IMG/VR virus record: IMGVR_UViG_3300012347_000256
Reading direction: 5' to 3' (one strand)
Source: a virus
Lineage: Duplodnaviria > Heunggongvirae > Uroviricota > Caudoviricetes
DNA: 64,000 nucleotides
Shown here piece after piece: positions 18,259 to 27,785 of the stretch (within the stretch, counting starts at the first letter, position 1; each line of letters starts with the position of its first letter). The notes below the pieces were generated by a model. That model saw only the letters and a program-made list of their open reading frames with translations. It was not told the DNA's origin and searched no databases. Both the position numbers and the translations under genes were made by a program.

Positions 18259-18827
18259 TGAAAGTATTTACAAGTGACTTACACATGCAACATTCGCGTG
18301 TTGTTGAATATACAAATCGAGGTAAAGATACTACTCAAGAAAATCATACAGAGTGGTTAATTGATGTCTGGAATAAAAACGTAACCAAAGGTGATGTATG
18401 CTATCATCTCGGCGATTATTCATTTGCTAAAAAGTACGATGATATTGCAAAGTTTACTGAGCATTTAAACGGTACTAAAATTCTCATCAAAGGTAATCAC
18501 GATAAACGAGAGTATTTAGATCAACTTGTAAGGGATCGATTAATCACCGCATGGTACGATTATAAAGAAATCAAGATCGGTGAAACATCTGTTTGTTTGT
18601 TTCATTTTCCTGTCAGTTCTTGGCATAAACAAGGCTATGGCTCTTGGCATCTACACGGGCACTGTCACGGCAATCATGCAGATAGCAAAGGTAAAATGCT
18701 TGACGTAGGTATTGATTCAGCATATAATATCTACAAAGAGCACAAATTCTTTACTGAAGAAGATGTTGCAGTTTACATGCAAGATCGTTCAGTGTATGTA
18801 TCAGATCATCACAAGGAGTATAAATGA
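18258..18827 (+). CDS. calcineurin-like metallophosphoesterase
   Basis: 189 aa. DLH ... GD ... GNHD motifs. Confidence 0.7.
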   Translation: MKVFTSDLHMQHSRVVEYTNRGKDTTQENHTEWLIDVWNKNVTKGDVCYHLGDYSFAKKYDDIAKFTEHLNGTKILIKGNHDKREYLDQLVRDRLITAWYDYKEIKIGETSVCLFHFPVSSWHKQGYGSWHLHGHCHGNHADSKGKMLDVGIDSAYNIYKEHKFFTEEDVAVYMQDRSVYVSDHHKEYK

Positions 18828-19336
18828 AAGATATTCATCCAAATCTGGTTAAAAAGCTGGAGAAGTTCAAAACTGAATACCAGCAAGTAACTGCATTCGC
18901 TAAACTATTACCTTTATTCGCAGATCGAATCATTGATTCTGAGTTTACAGGTGATCGTCATTGTAGACTTGGAAGTCATTATAAACAAATTAATTTTTCT
19001 TGGCATATTAATTGGTGTGTAAATCGACCAACTAACTTTCCAGAAGATGAACAGTTTCACGAAGGTTTAGTTAACGTGTATATCAATTGCTTGACTCTCT
19101 TCCATGAAGATATTTATCATCTGGCAGAAAAAGAGTTGTGGGAAACAATGAAAGACATTCCGTGCTATTATACTGATGTTCTAAACTCTACGTTCTATTT
19201 TAAACCTGATGAGATCGAAGCTGGACTAGAAGCTTTAAACAATTGGTATATCAAAGTTAAGGATAGTACTCAGGATTATCTTAAAGAACAAAAACGTAAA
19301 CAATTACAAGCACAACTACAGGAGTTAGATAAATGA
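18824..19336 (+). CDS. hypothetical protein
   Basis: 170 aa. Confidence 0.5.
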   Translation: MKDIHPNLVKKLEKFKTEYQQVTAFAKLLPLFADRIIDSEFTGDRHCRLGSHYKQINFSWHINWCVNRPTNFPEDEQFHEGLVNVYINCLTLFHEDIYHLAEKELWETMKDIPCYYTDVLNSTFYFKPDEIEAGLEALNNWYIKVKDSTQDYLKEQKRKQLQAQLQELDK

Positions 19337-20001
19337 AAGTAAAGTTAGTAGGTTACACACAACCATCAGAAGAATTTAAAGATGAATTTAAATCAGCAAA
19401 AGAACTTATTGCATTTTGTGCTAGGGTTTCTAATCCAAGTAATCAATTCAACAATGATACAGCAGATAAACTTCTGAAGTACTTGTTGAAGCACAAGCAT
19501 TTTTCACCATTTGAAATGGCAAGCGCTACAATTGAGATTGAAACAACTCGTGATATTGCACGGCAGATTTTGCGTCATCGTAGTTTTGCATTTCAAGAAT
19601 TTAGCCAGCGTTATGCTGACCCTGTAAAGGATTTATCATTCAGCATTCGTCAAGCTCGTTTACAAGATACAAAGAATCGCCAGAACTCTATTAATCTTGA
19701 TTTGACAACTACAGAACACCGTGAAATTAACCGCATCTGGACAGAGAAGCAACAAGATGTTATTCGTGCTGCTAAAGAGGCTTATACATGGGCTGTAACA
19801 AATGGTATTGCCAAAGAGCAAGCTCGTGCTGTTCTACCAGAAGGCAACACAATGTCTCGTTTGTATATGCAAGGAACAATTCGTAGTTTTATTCACTACA
19901 TTGAAGTGCGTAAAGACGAAAGTACGCAAGCAGAGCATCGTGATATTGCGATTGCTGTAGCTGGTGCAATTAGTAAAATCTTTGATTATGAACAACTCTG
20001 A
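19333..20001 (+). CDS. thyX: flavin-dependent thymidylate synthase ThyX
   Basis: 222 aa. ThyX signature RHRSFAFQEFSQRY (RHRx7-8S). Confidence 0.9.
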   Translation: MKVKLVGYTQPSEEFKDEFKSAKELIAFCARVSNPSNQFNNDTADKLLKYLLKHKHFSPFEMASATIEIETTRDIARQILRHRSFAFQEFSQRYADPVKDLSFSIRQARLQDTKNRQNSINLDLTTTEHREINRIWTEKQQDVIRAAKEAYTWAVTNGIAKEQARAVLPEGNTMSRLYMQGTIRSFIHYIEVRKDESTQAEHRDIAIAVAGAISKIFDYEQL

Positions 20002-20497
20002 TCAAATAGAGACTTTGTATAACAGGTGCAATGAATTATTTTATATAGATGATTCTTACGAATTACGTAGAAAAATAACTGTTGCACCAAATGCGATAAA
20101 AAACTCTATTGCTGGTAATGTTGACGGTTCTTATAGAAGAGTCAGAGTTGATAAAAAATCTTATCTTGTACATAGAATAATTTTTCTAATGTTAAAACAC
20201 GAATTACCTGATGTAGTGGATCATATAAACGGTAATACATTTGATAATTCTATAGAAAATTTAAGAGCATCAAATAAACTTAAAAATAGGTGGAACTGTC
20301 TTGGTAACGTAGACACACAGACTAAAGTTAAAGGTGTGTATCTTGATAGAGGTCGATACAAAGCTTTAATAACTGTAAGTGGTAAAAGATATTACTTGGG
20401 AATGTACGGTACTGTTGCAGAAGCAAAAGAAATTGTTGATAAGTGGTATATTGAATTACAAAAGGAATACAGTATGCAAAATTGCAGAAATAACTAA
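19964..20497 (+). CDS. HNH homing endonuclease
   Basis: VDHINGNTFDNSIENLRASN core. The true start may be the downstream ATG near 19988. Confidence 0.7.
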   Translation: MQLVKSLIMNNSDQIETLYNRCNELFYIDDSYELRRKITVAPNAIKNSIAGNVDGSYRRVRVDKKSYLVHRIIFLMLKHELPDVVDHINGNTFDNSIENLRASNKLKNRWNCLGNVDTQTKVKGVYLDRGRYKALITVSGKRYYLGMYGTVAEAKEIVDKWYIELQKEYSMQNCRNN

Positions 20498-20541
20498 AAT
20501 GTTTAAATACTTTAAATTAATTAACTTCTGGAGGTATACTG

Positions 20542-20880
20542 ATGGGTTTCAAAGCTAAATACAAATCAGAAAGCTACAAGCAATTGATTAAACGAGTAGC
20601 TAGTACCTCTGGTTACCATCAATACGAAGTAGAAGATGTTCTTAGGCACTTTGTAGGTAACATGCAAGTGTTACTTGCTCAGGGTTTACCTGTCAAGATC
20701 AGCGGACTTGGTACAATGAAAGTAAAAAAGATGCTCATCAAAGGTATCCCAAACAAAATGAACTCAAATACGTGCTATGATGCGTTCAGGCTTTCAGTCA
20801 CATCAGATGAAGGTCTTCAAAAGTACTTAAAGGAGAATTATGAATCACCAACAGAATCACCAGCAGACTCAGCAGACTAA
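20542..20880 (+). CDS. HU/IHF-like DNA-binding protein
   Basis: 112 aa. LPVKISGLGTMKVKK aligns to the HU beta-arm LVGFGTFAVKE; helix-helix-arm layout. Confidence 0.6.
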   Translation: MGFKAKYKSESYKQLIKRVASTSGYHQYEVEDVLRHFVGNMQVLLAQGLPVKISGLGTMKVKKMLIKGIPNKMNSNTCYDAFRLSVTSDEGLQKYLKENYESPTESPADSAD

Positions 20881-21006
20881 ACCATCTGTAAGGTGGCCTT
20901 TTCCTATTGTAAACAACCAGCGTACACAGGAAAGCCAAGCTTTACTTGACAAGAAAAACTTCAGTAAAACAAAAGACGATTTATCAGATATGGAAGAGGC
21001 TTTATT

Positions 21007-21483
21007 TTGACTACCACAGAAGAACCAGATTTCGTTCCAAAATTCACGCCTAAAGTCTTTAAAACTATTAGTATAGATAAGATTCTTGCAAATAAAAAAT
21101 TACCTAACTGGATTTTAAAAGGAGCTTTTGAACTTAAAAGCACGGGTTTTTTACCAGCTGGTAATTACTTTGAGGACTTAGATGATGTAGAAGTCTACGA
21201 GATTAAAAATGCTCTGGATTATATTCACACTGATAACTATAAGCAATTTGAAATACTTTCTCAGCAAGCACAAGAAGATATTGAAAATCTCACTTTGCTG
21301 TGTTTCATTTTAGCTTTAGGTGAAGGTGAAATAGAAGTCACATCTGAAATGCTTTCAGAGATGCTGCAGTATCTTTTCGTACTGATTGGTATTGAAAATT
21401 CATACAGAGAAGGTAAGGTAGAAGTACTGCGGAAAAACTACTCTTTGTTTGGTGGTGACAGACCAGTTGTTATTAAAAAATGA
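21007..21483 (+). CDS. hypothetical acidic protein (TTG start)
   Basis: 158 aa. Confidence 0.45.
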   Translation: MTTTEEPDFVPKFTPKVFKTISIDKILANKKLPNWILKGAFELKSTGFLPAGNYFEDLDDVEVYEIKNALDYIHTDNYKQFEILSQQAQEDIENLTLLCFILALGEGEIEVTSEMLSEMLQYLFVLIGIENSYREGKVEVLRKNYSLFGGDRPVVIKK

Positions 21484-21488
21484 AATAG

Positions 21489-21686
21489 ATGAAACAGATA
21501 AAACAGATGAAAAAACAAAAAGAATCCAGTATTTCAAAACCAAAGGTAAGAATTGATGTACAATCTACTTATGATGAACAGTGCATAGAGTTCAATTCAT
21601 ACGAGGATGAAAAAGAAGTTCTGTCTTCGTTAATTTATGTAAATGAAAAGTCCAATAATGAAAGGTGGTACAATGACGAAAGATGA
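21489..21686 (+). CDS. hypothetical protein
   Basis: 65 aa. Confidence 0.35.
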   Translation: MKQIKQMKKQKESSISKPKVRIDVQSTYDEQCIEFNSYEDEKEVLSSLIYVNEKSNNERWYNDER

Positions 21687-21840
21687 ATTTCACGTAGCAA
21701 TTCAACGCTTATTTCATGAAGCTAATGTAGCTGAAATTGATATTGGAGATATTTATCATATCTTACACGGTCAAGCTTTAATTGCAGAAACAATCTTAAA
21801 GCTTAGTATTGAAAAAGCATATAAATCTCGTTGGTATTGA
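21643..21840 (+). CDS. hypothetical protein (start probably internal)
   Basis: Overlaps the preceding ORF. Confidence 0.35.
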   Translation: MKSPIMKGGTMTKDEFHVAIQRLFHEANVAEIDIGDIYHILHGQALIAETILKLSIEKAYKSRWY

Positions 21841-21881
21841 GTATTGATTCGGTTTTAATCAGTTAATCTAAAGGAGTCCAT

Positions 21882-22067
21882 ATGGCAGAAATTTCAGAAG
21901 TCGCAGAAACAGTGATCATGCGTAGTAAAGCATCAAATACTTTGTATGATGTAGTAGAGATTGACATGGAGGGTGAAGTCGTAAATCGTATTGCACGTTC
22001 AGTGAACTTTGAACAAGCACAAAAGATTTTAGAAAGTCTATTCCCTGATCTTGAAACAGTGCTATAA
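21882..22067 (+). CDS. hypothetical protein
   Basis: 61 aa. Strong ribosome-binding site AAAGGAG. Confidence 0.5.
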   Translation: MAEISEVAETVIMRSKASNTLYDVVEIDMEGEVVNRIARSVNFEQAQKILESLFPDLETVL

Positions 22068-22131
22068 TTCAATCATTGAAAGGGTCTTGCCTTGCAGGAC
22101 TCGCCAATTAACAACACAACCAAGGACCAAT

Positions 22132-22275
22132 ATGCAAAGCTCTCTCCAGACCAACAAAGCCAAGAAAAAACGCTTTGATGATGCAGGGTATGAAGAAACA
22201 CCTACTCGCGGAAAGAATACCAATAAACCAAAGAGGGACTTTTCACAGCAGCGTAAAAACAAACGTGGTGAGTAA
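22132..22275 (+). CDS. small highly basic protein (47 aa)
   Basis: Trimmed from the track ORF 22051-22275. Lys/Arg-rich. Confidence 0.35.
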   Translation: MQSSLQTNKAKKKRFDDAGYEETPTRGKNTNKPKRDFSQQRKNKRGE

Positions 22276-22281
22276 ACAACT

Positions 22282-22485
22282 ATGACTTTACTATCTATTA
22301 TTGGTTTTGTCGTTATTTGTCTTACAGCTTTGTACTTTACAATAGTCAGCACATTTTGGATTTGGTTTTGTAGTTTAAACGACGAAGGAATGGTTCCTCT
22401 ATTGATCACAGCATTCATTGCTATTGGTCTTTGGATACTGGCATACAATGTATCACCATTTACAATCTTAGTAAATCTTGCATAA
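22282..22485 (+). CDS. small membrane protein (2 TM)
   Basis: 67 aa, hydrophobic. Confidence 0.45.
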   Translation: MTLLSIIGFVVICLTALYFTIVSTFWIWFCSLNDEGMVPLLITAFIAIGLWILAYNVSPFTILVNLA

Positions 22486-22497
22486 AAAGGATTAATA

Positions 22498-22686
22498 ATG
22501 AACGAACGAATCAAACAACTTATGATTCAGGCTACTGAATATGCCAATGAACAAAATGAATTACACGGCGTAGGTTATGTAATAACATTCAAGGAAAAGT
22601 TCGCCGAGTTGATTGTTCGGGAATGCGCTACACTTGCGTATGATGGTCCTAACGGCATCTTGGAACATTTCGGATTTAAAGAATGA
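22498..22686 (+). CDS. hypothetical protein
   Basis: 62 aa. Confidence 0.45.
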   Translation: MNERIKQLMIQATEYANEQNELHGVGYVITFKEKFAELIVRECATLAYDGPNGILEHFGFKE

Positions 22687-23231
22687 AAGATACAATCAAA
22701 CGCTGGTCAATATACATTACAATCTTTGTTGTATCCATGCTATTGACCGATCAGTACAGAGAGTACAGACAGCTGCAGGAATTTGAAGCTGTTCGTAAGG
22801 ACTTGATACGTCAAGAGCAAGAAGCCGTTAAAGACCAAGAGCGTAAATGCATCACTAATACTTTATGGTATGAAGCACGAGGTGAAAGTTTACAGGGTAT
22901 TTTAGCTGTTGCTAGTGTTATTGATAGTCGTAAATCAGATTCAAGGTATCCTAATACTTATTGTGGTGTTATTAATCAAAAAGGTCAATTCAGTTATGCT
23001 TTATTAAATAAACCAGATATTGAACAATTTAAACATAGATTTAAACCGATAGATGCTACTGTGTATAAAAATATTGAATATATAGCCAATGAAATGGTTA
23101 ATGGGGAGTTTAAACCTGTGTTAGATCAATCAGTACAATTTTATGCAACAAAAAAAATTAAAAATTACTGGACTAAAACTAAACATGTTGTAGCAAAAAT
23201 CGGAAACCATATTTTTTATAAAGATAAATAG
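22683..23231 (+). CDS. SleB-family cell wall hydrolase with N-terminal TM (possible signal-anchor-release endolysin)
   Basis: 182 aa. N-terminal TM IYITIFVVSMLL. The Hydrolase_2/SleB-family call rests on the run NTLWYEARGES...YPNTYCGV. Confidence 0.7.
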   Translation: MKDTIKRWSIYITIFVVSMLLTDQYREYRQLQEFEAVRKDLIRQEQEAVKDQERKCITNTLWYEARGESLQGILAVASVIDSRKSDSRYPNTYCGVINQKGQFSYALLNKPDIEQFKHRFKPIDATVYKNIEYIANEMVNGEFKPVLDQSVQFYATKKIKNYWTKTKHVVAKIGNHIFYKDK

Positions 23232-23252
23232 TAAAGTAAACTGATTAATATA

Positions 23253-24044
23253 ATACTTGATTTCCTAAATAGTATCTGCTATAATTATAAAGCAATAGTT
23301 GAAAATTAATTACTTTCAGCGACAAGAGCAGCTTCCCGTAGCTGCTTTTTGCTTTTATATTTTACGGTTGTTTGACGGGAATCAATTATGTATAAAAAGT
23401 GTAGTAAGTGTAAAGAAGAAAAGTTGTTTAGTGAGTTCAGCAAGGATAAAAATCGTAAAGATGGTTATACTTATCAATGTAAGGTTTGTAATAAAGCCTC
23501 TTATTTGGCAAACAAAGATAAAATACTTGCTAATAGTTCTGCAAAATATGCTCTCAATAAAGAGCAAATCATAGAAAAAGTAAAGAATTACAGGCAAGCT
23601 AATAAAGACAAAATTGCAAAAGCTAAGATAAAATATCGTGAAAACAATAAAGAGCTAATATCAGAAAAGCAAGCTAAATATCGTGTTGATAACAAAGAAA
23701 AACTTGCACAGTATTATAAAGATTATCGTAAAGCTAATAAAGGTAAAATGAACGCAAATAATGCCAATCGTCATGCATCTAAACTTCGAGCTATCCCAAT
23801 TTGGCTAACTCCAGCAGAATTTGAGCAGATTCAAGAGTTTTATATTTGCGCTCAAATGTTTAAGTTGTATACCGGACAAGAGTATCATGTTGATCATATA
23901 GTACCACTTCGAGGTAAAAATGTCTGTGGACTTCATGTTCCGTGGAATCTGCAAGTTATTCCTGCGGTAGAAAACTTCAAGAAGTCAAACAAATTATCAC
24001 AATGAACAATAAACCCTAGGTTAACTGCTAGGGTATTTTTTTTT
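23253..24044 (+). mobile_element. HNH homing-endonuclease cassette, copy 2
   Basis: Leader and terminator are paralogous to 15659-16450. Confidence 0.6.
23388..24005 (+). CDS. HNH homing endonuclease (paralog copy 2)
   Basis: 205 aa. Same zinc finger and HVDHIVPLRGKNVCGLHVPWNLQVI core as copy 1. Confidence 0.85.
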   Translation: MYKKCSKCKEEKLFSEFSKDKNRKDGYTYQCKVCNKASYLANKDKILANSSAKYALNKEQIIEKVKNYRQANKDKIAKAKIKYRENNKELISEKQAKYRVDNKEKLAQYYKDYRKANKGKMNANNANRHASKLRAIPIWLTPAEFEQIQEFYICAQMFKLYTGQEYHVDHIVPLRGKNVCGLHVPWNLQVIPAVENFKKSNKLSQ

Positions 24045-24119
24045 CGTCTAAATTTGTTCAACATCTAAAAGTTGTTGTATAATTCACTCCAGACATTAAC
24101 TACTTGAAAGATTTCAAAC

Positions 24120-24437
24120 ATGCAAAAGATGAAAACTTACAAATTCTACGCAGACCCCGGACACGGCTGGCTTGCAGTTAAGATCACCGAACTGATGGAA
24201 CTTTGTATTATTACTCAGATCAGCACCTACAGCTATATGCGTGGTGGTACAGCGTATTTAGAAGAAGACGTGGACGCAGCTTTGTTCTTTAACTCTTACC
24301 GTGATAAGTACGGTGTAGAACCAAAGCACACATACGAGCACACAGACAATCGTAGTCCTATTCGTAACTATGATAAGTACAATCGAAATAAAGCTGTGGA
24401 TTACGCTTTGACTAAACTCGGAGAAATAAATGAATAA
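24120..24437 (+). CDS. hypothetical protein
   Basis: 105 aa. Confidence 0.45.
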   Translation: MQKMKTYKFYADPGHGWLAVKITELMELCIITQISTYSYMRGGTAYLEEDVDAALFFNSYRDKYGVEPKHTYEHTDNRSPIRNYDKYNRNKAVDYALTKLGEINE

Positions 24438-24693
24438 AGCAATGAGCTTAATCGATCTAGCAAACCTGTTGAATTACATTCATATGTATCATTCACCGTT
24501 TGCTGCAGGTTCAGGACGAAGGGTAGTCAAGTACGTAGACCCACACATTGATATGCGTACTGGTAAATGCTTCAGTATTACTTTTCGTACTTATGGCGAA
24601 GAATGGCACTTTTATACAACAAATGAAGAGCGAGATAATCCAAAAAGTCTTTTCGAGCGTTGTATGGATTGGTTAAATTCTGATATAATTTAA
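24430..24693 (+). CDS. hypothetical protein
   Basis: 87 aa. Confidence 0.45.
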   Translation: MNKAMSLIDLANLLNYIHMYHSPFAAGSGRRVVKYVDPHIDMRTGKCFSITFRTYGEEWHFYTTNEERDNPKSLFERCMDWLNSDII

Positions 24694-24712
24694 GCTTCAA
24701 CAGGAGAATCTT

Positions 24713-24970
24713 ATGCTGACAATGCGCGAACTCAATATCGGTGAATTTCAAGAGTGCGACTACGGTAATTACTTCACTTACCGCAAGACTGACAACCTTT
24801 GGGCTATCGAACAAGGATACATGCACGAAATAGACGTTGGAGATTGTCAGGTGCGCTTTGCACGAGTGCTAAAGACTGTTGCATATGTCTGTACTGATGA
24901 AGACGCAAGTGGTAAGGCTATCTTTCAAATCTGGCGAATCAAGAAACACAACCTTTATACTAAGGATTAA
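24713..24970 (+). CDS. hypothetical protein
   Basis: 85 aa. Confidence 0.45.
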   Translation: MLTMRELNIGEFQECDYGNYFTYRKTDNLWAIEQGYMHEIDVGDCQVRFARVLKTVAYVCTDEDASGKAIFQIWRIKKHNLYTKD

Positions 24971-25078
24971 TATGATAGCATTATTTGCTTGGTTAGTTTG
25001 TATTCTTTTAGATGCTCCTTGGTGGGTATTTATAATTGGTTTTTTATGTTATTACATTGACTTAACAAAGGAGTCCTA

Positions 25079-25417
25079 ATGGAGAAGATTAACGTGTTTG
25101 TTAAAAGTGTTTATGTCGGTGATTATGTTTTTGATGGTAAAACGATTCAAGAAGTAAAAGAATATCTTGACAGGCTTAGTAATGATTACATTGATATGCT
25201 TTATCAAGGTTGTATTGCTAGGTTTTCATTCTATCGTGATCATGGCGATGAAGAACAGAGTCTTCATTTAGTATTTGAACGCCAAGAGACTGATCTGGAG
25301 TATAAGACTAGGATGGAAAAAGTACAAAAAGATGTTGAGTCCTATAAACGTCTAAAGTACGAAGAGTATTTAAAGCTTAAGAAAGAATTTGAAGATATCT
25401 CTAATAAAGCTGAGTAA
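25079..25417 (+). CDS. hypothetical protein
   Basis: 112 aa. Start preceded by AAGGAG. Confidence 0.5.
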   Translation: MEKINVFVKSVYVGDYVFDGKTIQEVKEYLDRLSNDYIDMLYQGCIARFSFYRDHGDEEQSLHLVFERQETDLEYKTRMEKVQKDVESYKRLKYEEYLKLKKEFEDISNKAE

Positions 25418-25487
25418 ATCTTAAGGTTATTCTTGAACTTAAAAGATGTGCTACAATAGACTTTCCAACATAACTTCTGAGGATTAT

Positions 25488-25931
25488 ATGAAACTTATCA
25501 AAGCTGCGTACCGTGGTGCAACTGCAGGTGGTCTTGAAAAGAACGATTGTACTGTCAGAGCATTGGCAAATGCTGGTAATATTGCTTATGAAGATGCACA
25601 CACTTTACTCAAGAAACACGGTCGTAAAAATCATTGCGGTGCTTTCTTTGTGACAATGCTGAAGGCTTATACTGAAGCTGGATTCAAGTTACAATCCGTC
25701 AATGGAACTACAGGTGCAGCTAGGCAATCAGCGCGTATAGCTAATGTATTGTCTTCTGAAGGTATTACACTGGCTAAAATACTGCCAAAGCTTCACACAG
25801 GTTCTTACATCGTTAATATCACAGGTCACGCTGTTGCTGTTGTGGACGGTAAGCTTATCGACACGTTTGACAATTCAGCAAATAAACGAGTGATTTCTGT
25901 GTTTAAAAAGCAAGCAAACAATCTGAAATAA
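25488..25931 (+). CDS. hypothetical protein with Cys/His pair suggestive of a papain-like hydrolase fold
   Basis: Start trimmed to the ATG after GAGGA. NDCTVRALANA ... GHAVAVVDG places a Cys at a helix N-terminus and a His in a strand. Confidence 0.4.
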   Translation: MKLIKAAYRGATAGGLEKNDCTVRALANAGNIAYEDAHTLLKKHGRKNHCGAFFVTMLKAYTEAGFKLQSVNGTTGAARQSARIANVLSSEGITLAKILPKLHTGSYIVNITGHAVAVVDGKLIDTFDNSANKRVISVFKKQANNLK

Positions 25932-25986
25932 TCCATAGAATCTGCTATAATCTAATCTTCTAAACCTCTTGACCAAAAGGAACATC

Positions 25987-26619
25987 ATGTCTAATTATCC
26001 TCTAGAACTTTCACAAGAAGAACGTATCGACCTCAAAGAAAAATTACAGCTGATTGCTCAGTGGTATTTTACAGGTGAAGTCCTTGTAAGTACCAGTTGC
26101 GGTATTTGTAACGCTTTATCTACAACATTCGGTGATGACAGTATTTATTACACTCGCATGGATTCATTGCTTTGGGAATTTAATCGTACTACAGCTTTAG
26201 GAAGTTACACAGATTCTTATGAAGAGTGGGAAGGTCGTGCATACATGTGCTTAATCTTGGCAGAATACCTTGATAGTACTATTGATTTAAAAAGTAGTGA
26301 AATTCTGCGTAAAGCTCGTGTGTTGTTACCAGATGGTTCATATCAGTACAATACTGATGATTGGAGCTGCTATATTTGTGATTGTATTAGTATGATTGAA
26401 GGAGATGTAGATTGTACTGAAAATACTAGACTTAAGTGCATGAGATTACGAGGTGATATCTCAGAACGCCTTAAAGGTGTTTTTAGACTTGAAGATTGGA
26501 TTGTTTACAAAGGCTTCAGTACTTACAAAGAAATCAAAGCTAATCCGCAAAAGATGCAACAAACAAGGTATAATATGATTGACGATATGATCTTGTACTA
26601 TGAATCAAAAGGAGATTGA
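25987..26619 (+). CDS. hypothetical protein (QQTRY-motif family)
   Basis: 210 aa. Shares a C-terminal K..QQTRY motif with the next gene. Confidence 0.45.
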   Translation: MSNYPLELSQEERIDLKEKLQLIAQWYFTGEVLVSTSCGICNALSTTFGDDSIYYTRMDSLLWEFNRTTALGSYTDSYEEWEGRAYMCLILAEYLDSTIDLKSSEILRKARVLLPDGSYQYNTDDWSCYICDCISMIEGDVDCTENTRLKCMRLRGDISERLKGVFRLEDWIVYKGFSTYKEIKANPQKMQQTRYNMIDDMILYYESKGD

Positions 26620-26620
26620 T

Positions 26621-26983
26621 ATGAAAGAAAGCACTCAATACACTATCGCTGAAATCTTGCATTACGCTGCTGACAACTGTTTGGCAGCTAATGAAAAGGA
26701 ATATTGGGTAAACGATGGTGAGAAAGAAAAGTACTCATGCTGTGCAGTCATGCTTGCAATCGAGCAAATGTACAGGCTTGAAATGTTCGGGGATGAAGTA
26801 CCTTATATGGAGGCATTAGCTCTTTATAAACGAATAATTTCAGGATTAAAAGCTATGGGTTGTCCTGTAGAATCATCAAACGCTTTATCTGATGAACACA
26901 AGAAGGTCAATAAAGAAAATCAACAAACTCGTTATGCTTGGCTTAAATTTACTGCTATGATGGCAGAGGAACAAGGTGTGTGA
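26621..26983 (+). CDS. hypothetical protein (QQTRY-motif family)
   Basis: 120 aa. Confidence 0.45.
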   Translation: MKESTQYTIAEILHYAADNCLAANEKEYWVNDGEKEKYSCCAVMLAIEQMYRLEMFGDEVPYMEALALYKRIISGLKAMGCPVESSNALSDEHKKVNKENQQTRYAWLKFTAMMAEEQGV

Positions 26984-27512
26984 TATGCAAAGATTTATCA
27001 CAGAATACATTGTGCGTGTTATTGTTGCAGACATACCGCAAGAGTACAGGTACTACAGTCAAGCGAGTACTGTAAAGGTTTTAAAAACCCTCAGAGCAAT
27101 TAAAAAACCATATGTATATGAATTACATGTACATAATTTACATTGAATTAAATAGGAGATAATATGCAAGTCGAAGTTAAAGAAATCCAAGGTAAAAAGT
27201 ATTTAAACCAGTCTCGGTAGTTTTAAACTTTGAAAATAAAGAAGATTTTGACATGTTTTTTAATATTGTAAGTTACAATAAAACTGTTCCTGAAGCGATT
27301 TCTAAAAATCGAACAGATAAAGACAAAATCTATGAACACTGCCAAAGACTACTGACAGATATTCATTATGCAATGCAATGTTATGTCTAAGAAGAATAAG
27401 AAGCTGAAGGTTAAACAAAGAAACTATCTCGTTGCTATTGTTATGCGTAAAGCTGTACAAAAACATAAAGATAAGAAACGCCAAGCTAAGAATCAACATC
27501 AGGAGAATACAA

Positions 27513-27734
27513 ATGAACAATGAAGCACAGCAAGCACAAGATGAACTAGACTATCAACAATTGATTGCACAAGTAGCACTGATCGATAAAGATGCAGCAG
27601 AATATATGAAGACTGAAATGCGAGAATGCTTCGGTTTTAGTCCATCAGGTAAGCTTTGGGAAGTAGTCATTTGGGAGAATACAGAGCAAGGTTCAATGTA
27701 TTGGTATGATATTGCGTGTAAGATTGGGCAGTGA
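27513..27734 (+). CDS. hypothetical protein
   Basis: Trimmed to the ATG after AGGAGAATAC. Confidence 0.4.
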   Translation: MNNEAQQAQDELDYQQLIAQVALIDKDAAEYMKTEMRECFGFSPSGKLWEVVIWENTEQGSMYWYDIACKIGQ

Positions 27735-27785
27735 CCAAGATTCTGTGATACAATCAAGTCTTCAACACCACAACTGGAGAATTTC

